Origin: Giardia intestinalis
Taxonomy: Eukaryota
Assembly: GCA_000002435.2 (NCBI GenBank)
Contig: CM018793.1
Direction: 5' to 3' (one strand)
DNA: 64,000 nucleotides
A program made the translations under genes and the position numbers. Shown here piece by piece: positions 56,298-64,000 of the stretch; the stretch's first letter is position 1, and the number at the start of each line of letters is the position of its first letter. The notes under the pieces are model-generated. The model had not been told where the DNA came from and ran no database searches. It saw only the letters and a list, made by a program, of their open reading frames with translations.

Positions 56298-57077
56298 ATG
56301 TGGAGCTGGGAGAGATCGCACTTTCACCACCATCATCACTACTGTCACCACCATAGTGTCCCTGAGTATGGGGTGCTTGGGGGTTTTGGCGGGCTCATCG
56401 GAGGACTCATAGGGGGCGCCATCGGGGCTAATCTGGGTCGCAAAAAAGAGAGAAAAGAGAAAGAAGTTATAGTCCAGCAGCAGCAGATCTCGCCCCCGCA
56501 GCAGAGTAAAGACAAGGAGGTTCACATCCACATTAACCAGTACACCCCGCCAAATAACGCTGCTCCCTCTCCAGCGGCAAACAATGCTAGCAAGCAAGCT
56601 GGGAGCAGTGCAGAGCCGTCTACACAACACATAGAGGCAGGGCTAGCGTCACTGGAGAAGCTTATGTATCTCGGCAACATAGAGGCGGCTAGGCTGCAAA
56701 TGCCGGCATTCAAGAAGTGGTACTTCTCCGAGCGCGAGAAGTTCACCGACCTCAATCTGCTGGGGGTGTACGACACGCGGCTACTGACTGTAGACATGTG
56801 GCTGGTTAACGATGCCGCAAGGGTTGTTAAGGCGCCACAAGGCCCCTTTACGGAGAACGATGCCAAGAAGGTTATGGAGCGCCTGGTAACCAAGGATGGC
56901 CAGCAACAGTTTGTGCAACTGTTCCAACCCGCCCCCATAATGGAGGGTGATAAGCACGAAGACAAAAGCTCAGAGGAACCACTCTTCCTGCGAAGCCTGA
57001 GGAACGCCAATCTCGCCCCCCGCAGCTCTGTTTCAGCCGACCCCATGCAGGCCTACCCGGGCCTAAGAATGAAGTGA
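56298..57077 (+). CDS. Hypothetical protein with His-rich and Gly-zipper N-terminus
   Basis: ORF only; true start uncertain. Confidence 0.25.
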   Translation: MWSWERSHFHHHHHYCHHHSVPEYGVLGGFGGLIGGLIGGAIGANLGRKKERKEKEVIVQQQQISPPQQSKDKEVHIHINQYTPPNNAAPSPAANNASKQAGSSAEPSTQHIEAGLASLEKLMYLGNIEAARLQMPAFKKWYFSEREKFTDLNLLGVYDTRLLTVDMWLVNDAARVVKAPQGPFTENDAKKVMERLVTKDGQQQFVQLFQPAPIMEGDKHEDKSSEEPLFLRSLRNANLAPRSSVSADPMQAYPGLRMK

Positions 57078-57106
57078 CCCTGTACGCGATCGTGCAAGGA
57101 CTCTCT

Positions 57107-58042
57107 TTACTGTTCAACCAGGGCGGTGACCGTGTTTCCAAACAAGTTTTCTGGTTCTAGGGAGGCTACGTCCCGGCGCACTTTATAGTGCGGGTTGTCC
57201 CCCGCCTTTAGCCATGAAAAGTCGCGAACGGTGAAGCACTGGGTCTCGTCTAGCACTGGGTCCAAACCCGACTGCAGTAAACGCTTGTTGAACTCAGGAT
57301 CTAACTTGCCGAGGAGGGCCGTGTGTGCCTCAATGGTGGCACGTGTGAGCGGCGCAAACTGCAGATCAAGGCTGTGCTCAATGATAGGGGAACTTCCGAC
57401 AGCCACGACAAACGTCGAGGACGCTGTGTGGTGGATCCGCAGCTGATGGCAGGAAGCGATGACCACCAGCCCGCGACAGCGCTCCATGTGTAATGCTCCA
57501 GACACGCTGCTGCAAAAGATCATGCAGCCATCACAATCATCGACGTACAATGTAGATAATTGGGTTGGGAGGACTATTCGCGCGTTGACGCACTTGCGCA
57601 GAGTATAGTCCGTGCCTTCTTTGTCCGGCTCGAGTCGAAAGCTAGCGTCAACAATGTCGCAGGTAACGTTTTCATCGATGTACTGAATCACGGGAGCGCT
57701 CGGGGTTTCTACCGCGCTGTCCTTCTTGATATATTTCCTGCTAGAAAAGGCGAAAGCCTTGCGGGGGACCTTGAGCTGCCTCGCTGCAGCCAAATTGTAA
57801 GCCAGCTTAGTCAGCTGGATATTTGTGACGCGCCTGTCATAAGCGCTCAGAGAAGACGTTATTTGTGCCCGGCGCTCATATGCGCGTAGCTGGGCTGCCA
57901 GACCCCGGAGCACCGCCTCTGCCTCGTCCCTGTCTGTGATGGCTCTAAGCTCTCCCAAGGCAGCGTTAAACGCGTCCACCTCTGCGTTCGCTAGGGTCAT
58001 CGGGGTCGACGAGCGCAAGGAAAATAAAACGGGTAAAGGCAC
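57107..58042 (-). CDS. TBCC: Tubulin-folding cofactor C (TBCC/CARP-domain protein)
   Basis: C-terminal beta-helix segment ...LRKCVNARIVL...DDCDGCMIFCSSVSGALHMERCRGLVVIASCHQLRIHHTASSTFVV...IEHSLDLQFAP matches the TBCC pattern (C.QLR.H.T.D...FL.V.S..IIEDC..I.FAP). Confidence 0.6.
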   Translation of the reverse strand: MPLPVLFSLRSSTPMTLANAEVDAFNAALGELRAITDRDEAEAVLRGLAAQLRAYERRAQITSSLSAYDRRVTNIQLTKLAYNLAAARQLKVPRKAFAFSSRKYIKKDSAVETPSAPVIQYIDENVTCDIVDASFRLEPDKEGTDYTLRKCVNARIVLPTQLSTLYVDDCDGCMIFCSSVSGALHMERCRGLVVIASCHQLRIHHTASSTFVVAVGSSPIIEHSLDLQFAPLTRATIEAHTALLGKLDPEFNKRLLQSGLDPVLDETQCFTVRDFSWLKAGDNPHYKVRRDVASLEPENLFGNTVTALVEQ

Positions 58043-58070
58043 AATTCACTGAGCCTGACAAAAGCCTGTC

Positions 58071-58952
58071 TTAGAAGACAAACTTCTCCTCCTGGTCGTC
58101 CTCTGGACGAATGAAGGTCGAGATCTTCTTCATGTTGTTCTGGAGACCGTCGAGGACAGAGCCCATGGTCCTCACAATCTCGTCGTAGCTGGTCTTGCGG
58201 GTCGCAATCAGCTCAGCAACGACGCCGGCGAGAACCTTGCACTCTGCAGACAGCGAGACGACACCGTCGCGTGCGATGGACTCATAGTGCCTGCTCAGGA
58301 TCTCGGAGTCGCGGAGGTACTCGTCGATGCTCTGCTCACGGTCTGCACGCGCACGGTCATTCATGTCGGTGGCATGCTTGAGGTCGCGGTCCACCTTGCT
58401 GTAGATCTCTGTCGCCAGCGCCATCCTGGTATTGCGCTCGTTGGTGAGATTGCCAATAAAGGCGCCAAAGGACTCCTCGGCACTGGTCTTGAAGTAGCGG
58501 ATAGACTCCAGCAGATCGTCGTGCTCCTGGGCGATCTTCGCCATGGCGTGTCTGCACTTGTGGGCGAGGTCGGAGAAGTTGTCATTGTTCTCCTTCGTGT
58601 GGAGGCTCACAGAGGCCCCGAGCGCATCTCTTGTGTCCATTATGCGGGTGGTGAACTTCTTGCGGATGTCATCGAGGCGCTTGGTCGCTCGCTCGGTCTC
58701 CAACTGGAGGATCTTGTCAAGGTGCTCAATCCCGTTCTGGATGAGCTCGAACCTCTCGAGGTCAACCTGCTTGGTCTCGTCAACCTGCCTCTTGAAGTCC
58801 TCGTGAAAGTCGGTCACACGGCTGTTGATCTTTGCGAGGCGGTCCTTGAGAGAAAACGACGTGGAGACGGTGGTCATTTTTTTCTGGCGCAAAAGCGGAC
58901 TATTAATAATTATGAAACAGAGGGCAGAAGGCGCGCATTTGGCCCTGACCAT
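58071..58952 (-). CDS. Coiled-coil protein, SF-assemblin/beta-giardin-like
   Basis: ~260 aa segmented coiled coil with non-helical head, size and heptad pattern typical of striated-fiber assemblins; assignment by resemblance only. Confidence 0.35.
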   Translation of the reverse strand: MVRAKCAPSALCFIIINSPLLRQKKMTTVSTSFSLKDRLAKINSRVTDFHEDFKRQVDETKQVDLERFELIQNGIEHLDKILQLETERATKRLDDIRKKFTTRIMDTRDALGASVSLHTKENNDNFSDLAHKCRHAMAKIAQEHDDLLESIRYFKTSAEESFGAFIGNLTNERNTRMALATEIYSKVDRDLKHATDMNDRARADREQSIDEYLRDSEILSRHYESIARDGVVSLSAECKVLAGVVAELIATRKTSYDEIVRTMGSVLDGLQNNMKKISTFIRPEDDQEEKFVF

Positions 58953-59214
58953 GCACCTGCAGCGTGGCCGGTAGTGCTAGGCGTCTCCTTGCCGTCGAAG
59001 GGTCTGGCTTAGGAATCCGCATCGGCACTCTGCCCGCGGCCAGCCTTTCAGAGCACCAAAATTAGTTTAAGGAACAATCGTCAGCGGAAATCCGTCCATC
59101 GAACAAGGAAAGATCAAGGGTGCATAGCCACTAGCACTACGGTGCAGGATGTTGTGGTAAATTTCCGATTTCACGTGTCTGGACAGGCAGCAGCTTCTGG
59201 GCTCCATCTAAAAA

Positions 59215-62181
59215 ATGCTCCTCTCTCTTCCTGTCCAACCTCTCAGACTACGGCACCTCAAGAGTCACCAGTTGCTCGTGCAGGTCCAGAAGTACTGGGA
59301 GGCAAAGAAAAAGTCGCGTGCAGATGAAGAGTGCCGGTTCTGCGATGCAGCGCGAGACTCCGCTGAAATTTTAGAACAGGAGCATCTTGAGTCAGATACT
59401 GCACTCCGAGAGTATCAGCGGTATTGCGCCATGACAAGCTCTGTCCACTCTTTAACGACCTGGAACAACAATACCCTCTTGCAGCTTACAACCAAGAATC
59501 ACCCAAATGTGTGGCAGTTTTGTGCTACAGATAGCGCTTCCTATCAAAGCACATGTCTCTACAATGATATATTCAGCTCCTTTTACAGTTCTTTCGCCAT
59601 TTTATTCAATGCTTGCTGTGCACAGGCCTCTGCTGGCACTGGTCCCTTAAACGCCGTTCTTCCTCACAAGAGATTCCTGTTCAAAACTATTCTTGAGCTT
59701 TCTAGCATTATCCGTGACTCCTTTGCATGCTACCTCCCCGATGAGCTTTTGAGCACCGAACTCGCCCGCTGCCTCCACAGCGACGCATTTGATGCTCTGT
59801 TTTCTCTTGTTGACCTTTCGATGATAGAGCTACTACTTGCAATTGACATTGATAGGATTGAACAAGGCGGTCCTTCAGATATGCAAAGCTTTTTGTCCGT
59901 TACTTTTCTCTACACAGATATATCTACCTCTTTGCAACAGCAGCTCTTGAGCATCCACGACAAAGATCCTATCTTCCTTGCTATTCAGCAGGATCTTGCT
60001 GTTCGAACACCACTTTTTCTTGCATATACCTACTGTTCCTTTGCGAAAGCAATGATGACATCAGACAGTCTGCCGTTGGCAGGTACATATGCACAAAAAG
60101 CGTACAGCTTCCTGGAGCGGTTCCCCTCCAAGAACAGTGCACCCACCGCTACGATAGATCCAAATCTGGTATCGCCGCCAGAAGATATCAGATTGTTTGT
60201 CCAGCGCTTGCGGAGTGAGATTAACGAAATCGTAGAAAGGTGTGGCACAACAGAATTAGCGGACGTGCCATCTCCCCCGCCTCTGTCTATAGAGCGTGTT
60301 CGTGAGATGCTGCTGGCAGACGATGCAGACTATGAAGTACTCGAGCACTATCGACTTCTTCTAAGCTGGGATCACGAGAAGAAACGACTTGTATTCACAC
60401 CGCCTATGAAGGACTCCACTGGATCGTTCGACATGGAAGGTGATGACATTGATTTTGAGAGCATGCAAGGAGGCTCTCGGTCTATCCAAAAGGGGCTTGA
60501 CTTAGATAACGAGGACCTTCCAGACTTTAAATCAAACCCCTCCGAGCCCACTGATAAGCAGGAGTCTGCTGGTTTGGATGCAGAAGAGAAAGCTGTGGAG
60601 GACCCATCTTCGGATGCTCATCATTCGGACCGGGCTTCGTCCAAAAGCTCTCAACCATCTATGGTGTACATCGAACATACGCCGACCATGAATGGGCTCT
60701 CAGTGAAAGGAGAGCACTCTCTGGATGTGATGGAGACCCCGTCAATAGAGCTACCCACCCTTGCTATTGAAAAGCCAAGCAAAATACCAACTCCCACCTT
60801 TACGAGCAGTTATGTTGACCGCATGGCCACAGAGGATATTCCTTCGGATCCTACATACAAAACAAAGCTACCTGCACTGGAAGGCATGCCGCTCCCCAGG
60901 TCTATGCCTGCTGTTATCAAGCCAGAGTGCTGCGATAAGCGAGATAACCTCGATCCCTCGCTACCCCTTGATCTCTTGTCAGATAGCTCCAGTTCCTTAC
61001 CATTTAATTACGAATCCAAGCCAACGGAGAGTGATGTCCTAGATGTACCTCCTGCACCAGCTCAGCCTTCAGTAATGTCGACATTTGATCATGGAGATCT
61101 CCATACTCCAGAAGACCAGGAGAAGGTGAGCGCGAAAGAGAGCTCGCAGCATCCTGCTGAAGCGCTACAGTCACACGATTTGCAGGATACACACAAGCCT
61201 TCGGGCGACCCAGAGGAGGCCTCTCACGAGCTCTATCTTGGAGCGCCTTCAGATGTCGTGGCCATTGATCGGGATGCGGTCTTTCCAAACGACTCTCCTT
61301 CTGTTGAGAATTGTCCGCCATCGACAGACAAGCTCTCTGGAGACGATGACCTTGACAGTATGACCACTAAAGACTTGATATGCAGTAACGGTGTACATGA
61401 TTCGTTTGAGCACGATTCTATGGAAGAAAAGGAGCCAGAAGATGATGGCAACAGACCGACAGCTTTACTCGATGAGATTGCAATTGGCATGCAACAATCG
61501 ACGCAGAGCGGATGTTTCATGGATAACTCCTCCAGGATAACTGAACCGGTGCGAGAGACAGAGCTAGAACTAGACATGATCGTCAATGAAATGAATATCG
61601 CGCAGAGTGACGACTCTCTGAAGATAAGCTCACATACCAGCATTCATAGTAGTGGGAATGAGCCTGCAATTTCACGGGTGTCTCCCAGCTTGGTTAAGCC
61701 TGGCTCAGCGGTTACATTATCTGCGCCGCCTAACGTTAATTCATCAACAGTTGCAGTCGATGTCAATGCAGTGTTAGCAGAAAAGATAAACCCAGAGGAG
61801 GCCATGAATGTAGCCGCGCCGGTGTTTATGGCAAACATGCGCTCCACTTCATTAGGGCCCACGTCAACCTTGATAGAGAACGCGCTGTCGTACTGCGAAG
61901 AGGTTTCCCTTCACCACTCTGTCACTTCGAGCAACGTTAACAATATAGTTCTTTCCATTGGTTCTGGTGCCAGTTTCTCCACGTCTGCTGATTCTATTAA
62001 GAAGTTTCTGTCTGATTCTCAGACAAGCCTGGGGATGAATCAATCCGTCTCTCTTGGTCACAGTTACATTGACAAAGCACGCATACGCACAAGACTTCGT
62101 CTTCTACAATCGCGTGCCGAGCGAGCAATTCTCATTGCCCTGCTAATTACCTTTGTAATAGCAATAGTATGCACACTATAA
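59215..62181 (+). CDS. S/T/P/D-rich protein (988 aa) with C-terminal tail-anchor TM helix
   Basis: Structured N-terminal ~330 aa, long acidic/Ser-rich disordered region, C-terminal ...RAILIALLITFVIAIVCTL. Confidence 0.35.
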   Translation: MLLSLPVQPLRLRHLKSHQLLVQVQKYWEAKKKSRADEECRFCDAARDSAEILEQEHLESDTALREYQRYCAMTSSVHSLTTWNNNTLLQLTTKNHPNVWQFCATDSASYQSTCLYNDIFSSFYSSFAILFNACCAQASAGTGPLNAVLPHKRFLFKTILELSSIIRDSFACYLPDELLSTELARCLHSDAFDALFSLVDLSMIELLLAIDIDRIEQGGPSDMQSFLSVTFLYTDISTSLQQQLLSIHDKDPIFLAIQQDLAVRTPLFLAYTYCSFAKAMMTSDSLPLAGTYAQKAYSFLERFPSKNSAPTATIDPNLVSPPEDIRLFVQRLRSEINEIVERCGTTELADVPSPPPLSIERVREMLLADDADYEVLEHYRLLLSWDHEKKRLVFTPPMKDSTGSFDMEGDDIDFESMQGGSRSIQKGLDLDNEDLPDFKSNPSEPTDKQESAGLDAEEKAVEDPSSDAHHSDRASSKSSQPSMVYIEHTPTMNGLSVKGEHSLDVMETPSIELPTLAIEKPSKIPTPTFTSSYVDRMATEDIPSDPTYKTKLPALEGMPLPRSMPAVIKPECCDKRDNLDPSLPLDLLSDSSSSLPFNYESKPTESDVLDVPPAPAQPSVMSTFDHGDLHTPEDQEKVSAKESSQHPAEALQSHDLQDTHKPSGDPEEASHELYLGAPSDVVAIDRDAVFPNDSPSVENCPPSTDKLSGDDDLDSMTTKDLICSNGVHDSFEHDSMEEKEPEDDGNRPTALLDEIAIGMQQSTQSGCFMDNSSRITEPVRETELELDMIVNEMNIAQSDDSLKISSHTSIHSSGNEPAISRVSPSLVKPGSAVTLSAPPNVNSSTVAVDVNAVLAEKINPEEAMNVAAPVFMANMRSTSLGPTSTLIENALSYCEEVSLHHSVTSSNVNNIVLSIGSGASFSTSADSIKKFLSDSQTSLGMNQSVSLGHSYIDKARIRTRLRLLQSRAERAILIALLITFVIAIVCTL

Positions 62182-62223
62182 TCGTGATTGTAAATCGCCC
62201 CGTTCACACTAAAAGCTGGCTCC

Positions 62224-64000
62224 CTACTCGCCAGAAAAGGTGAAGGCCCCCACTTGCACATGGCCTCGACCTTCGGGAACGTAATGGAGAATGGGAATCC
62301 CATTCTCAAGCCTGTCAAAGTAGTAGAAGCCCCACCTTTCCAGCTGCAGAGTCTCCTTCGGCTTGACGTATTGTAGTATATTCCCCTGGACGTATGCATC
62401 GAACGTCTTGAAGGAACTCTTGTTAACGAAGTCTCTGAAGTCGTCATCAGGCCCAAGAATGTCCTTGGTTATTAGGTGACCGAAGTAGCACGTCCGCACA
62501 CGCTTCACTGTCCTTGACTTCCCGACCCACGTGATCTTCAAGGTGCCTGAGTAGTCTGTATCCTCAGGAACATGCCTTAGGGCCAGTGTCTGGGCGCCGT
62601 AGTCAACGGCCTCGATCTGCATGTTACCCCACGTCATAAGAGTGAGTTTATCGCCGACCTTCAAGCCCTGGTCCTCCATCTGCTTAAAGTCCGAAGAGTC
62701 GATGAGAACCTCGGGACGATAGAGGACCTGCTTTGTGCCCAAGTCTGCATTCTTTGCATGCAGTGGGACATCCCGCAGCGCGTAGAACGCATGCTTCGGC
62801 GTGAAGTTCACGATTCGGGCAGTGACAGCGTCATCTGAGTGGACGGCGTGGAACCTCTTAGCAATGGGCTCTATGAATTGCTTATTCACGGCCCAGATCT
62901 TCGACCACTCCTGATAGTTGTTGCGGCGCGACGGGCCCTGATCCAATATGAACTTCCGCAAGGCATCGGGGCGCAGTCCTCTGCGCATGAGACCCTGGAC
63001 GGTGGGAAAACGCGGATCGAACCAGCCTTCCACGAGTCCTTCCTCCACAAACCACTGCAGATGACGCTTGCTCATGATACTGTATTGCATACGAAGACGC
63101 GAGAAATCGTATAGCTCAGGCTTGCGTAGGCCTAGCTTATCGCAGAACCACCAGTACTGGTTGTTTCTATCTAGAAACTCCGTGGTGCGAAGGGCGTGCG
63201 TGATTCCTTCCACAGAGTCGACAATCGGACACGCAAAGTCATAGGTTGGATAGACCTTGTATTTTGTCCCGGTCCTGTGGTGCTCGTCCTTGACGTTCAC
63301 CCTGTAGATCACTGGGTCGCGCATGCACTTGTTAGGATCGTCGATGGATATCTTTGCCCGCAAGCACGTCAACTGGCCTTCCTCGCTGCCCTTTTTCATC
63401 TCCTCCCACAGACGGAGAGACTCTCCAACAGCTGTATCACGAAAGTCGGATGCAACTCCATCAAATCGCCTCTTCTGCATCTCTTCTGACGGGGTTTTGT
63501 CGCAGTACGCCAGCCCGTCGAGAATGAGCTTCTCCGCCAACTGGAGCATCAAGTCAAAGTGGTCAGAAGTATAGGAAAAGGAATCGAAGTCGAGCTGCAG
63601 AGACTTCATATCACGCTTCAAATTTTCGACAAACTCCGGGTTTTCGCGCCCGGGATTAGTGTCGTCCATGCGAAAGTGCAGGCGACCCTTATATGCGCGA
63701 GCAAAGTAATGATTGAGCATGGCCGCCTTTGCGTGACCAATGTGCAGGTACCCGGACGGCTCGGGCGGGAAGCGAGTGCAGACCTTTCCGAGCTCCGCGT
63801 TGTTAAGCACAGGCCCGTCTTTCGGCAGAAGAGACCGGGTGTAGTTCTTCACAGCCATGCTTGTCTGCCCGCGGGCAACCTTAAGGGCAACATCTGAAGC
63901 GTATGCCTCAAGCAGAGAAGCTGTCCTAGGGTGTCCGGCGAGGACATCAGCGTGAGGAGCGCCGACGATGATATAGTCAAGCTCCTTGTGTCCTGTTGAG
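62224..64000 (-). CDS. Glutamyl-tRNA synthetase (class I, eukaryotic/archaeal GluRS-GlnRS type); 5' end continues beyond the window
   Basis: TRFPPEPSGYLHIGHAKAAMLN (HIGH), IMSKR (KMSKS), C-terminal beta-barrel anticodon-binding region; reading frame remains open upstream of the annotated Met to position 64000. Confidence 0.85.
   Translation of the reverse strand, partial: STGHKELDYIIVGAPHADVLAGHPRTASLLEAYASDVALKVARGQTSMAVKNYTRSLLPKDGPVLNNAELGKVCTRFPPEPSGYLHIGHAKAAMLNHYFARAYKGRLHFRMDDTNPGRENPEFVENLKRDMKSLQLDFDSFSYTSDHFDLMLQLAEKLILDGLAYCDKTPSEEMQKRRFDGVASDFRDTAVGESLRLWEEMKKGSEEGQLTCLRAKISIDDPNKCMRDPVIYRVNVKDEHHRTGTKYKVYPTYDFACPIVDSVEGITHALRTTEFLDRNNQYWWFCDKLGLRKPELYDFSRLRMQYSIMSKRHLQWFVEEGLVEGWFDPRFPTVQGLMRRGLRPDALRKFILDQGPSRRNNYQEWSKIWAVNKQFIEPIAKRFHAVHSDDAVTARIVNFTPKHAFYALRDVPLHAKNADLGTKQVLYRPEVLIDSSDFKQMEDQGLKVGDKLTLMTWGNMQIEAVDYGAQTLALRHVPEDTDYSGTLKITWVGKSRTVKRVRTCYFGHLITKDILGPDDDFRDFVNKSSFKTFDAYVQGNILQYVKPKETLQLERWGFYYFDRLENGIPILHYVPEGRGHVQVGAFTFSGE

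Noticed and set aside
1-64000. Interpretation of the whole window as part of a giant-virus (Nucleocytoviricota) genome because of histone, aaRS, MsrB and glycosyltransferase genes
   Set aside because: Flanks also encode TBCC, an SF-assemblin-like protein and long disordered S/T-rich proteins, with low gene density and no NCLDV core genes. The virus-like genes are confined to TIR-bounded insertions with TSDs, so a cellular chromosome carrying integrated elements fits better.

Overview
This window is a eukaryotic, intron-poor chromosomal region. The host flanks carry recognisable genes: a divergent histone H2B, ALG13, MsrB and a Rad3/XPD-type FeS helicase on the left; TBCC, an SF-assemblin-like protein and a partial GluRS on the right. 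Between them sits a ~45 kb accessory island made of nested, related integrated virus-like elements of the Polinton/Maverick type. Each encodes a protein-primed family B DNA polymerase (pPolB), with an rve-like integrase, a packaging ATPase and terminal inverted repeats in the intact copy.

Element B (20146-46160, 26,015 bp) looks young and intact. It has perfect ~482 bp TIRs, termini 5'-AGTAGTATATATCC...GGATATATACTACT-3', and a 6 bp target-site duplication GACGCC. It carries a putative structural module (148 aa, 488 aa, A32/FtsK-like ATPase, 129 aa, 181 aa, an 872 aa capsid candidate, integrase, 773 aa, 219 aa). It also carries a replication/accessory module (RING E3, basic protein, 157 aa, 809 aa Cys-rich membrane protein, 958 aa coiled-coil fiber-like protein, a 1198 aa pPolB, a dNK/TMPK-like kinase, small basic protein, 198 aa protein, ankyrin-repeat protein).

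B is inserted inside the pPolB gene of an older, 5'-truncated relative, element A (~11950-52230). A's pPolB is therefore split across 26 kb: an N-terminal fragment at 19623-20145 and a C-terminal part at 46167-49229. The C-terminal part carries additional frameshifts, so it is a pseudogene. A retains orthologues of the replication-module genes and a diverged third copy of the TIR (51805-52230).

The whole island is bracketed by a perfect ~2.28 kb inverted repeat (9213-11495 and 52365-54641). This repeat carries relics of a third, older element: an AATCAATT-type TIR inner-end repeat, a promoter motif followed by a 77 aa ORF, and a decayed pPolB fragment.

Most element genes on both strands are immediately preceded by an AT-rich GAAAATAAAATG-type motif. 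A conserved stem-loop lies 26 nt inside each TIR tip. The GC-rich element DNA produces many spurious overlapping or antisense ORFs, which were rejected.
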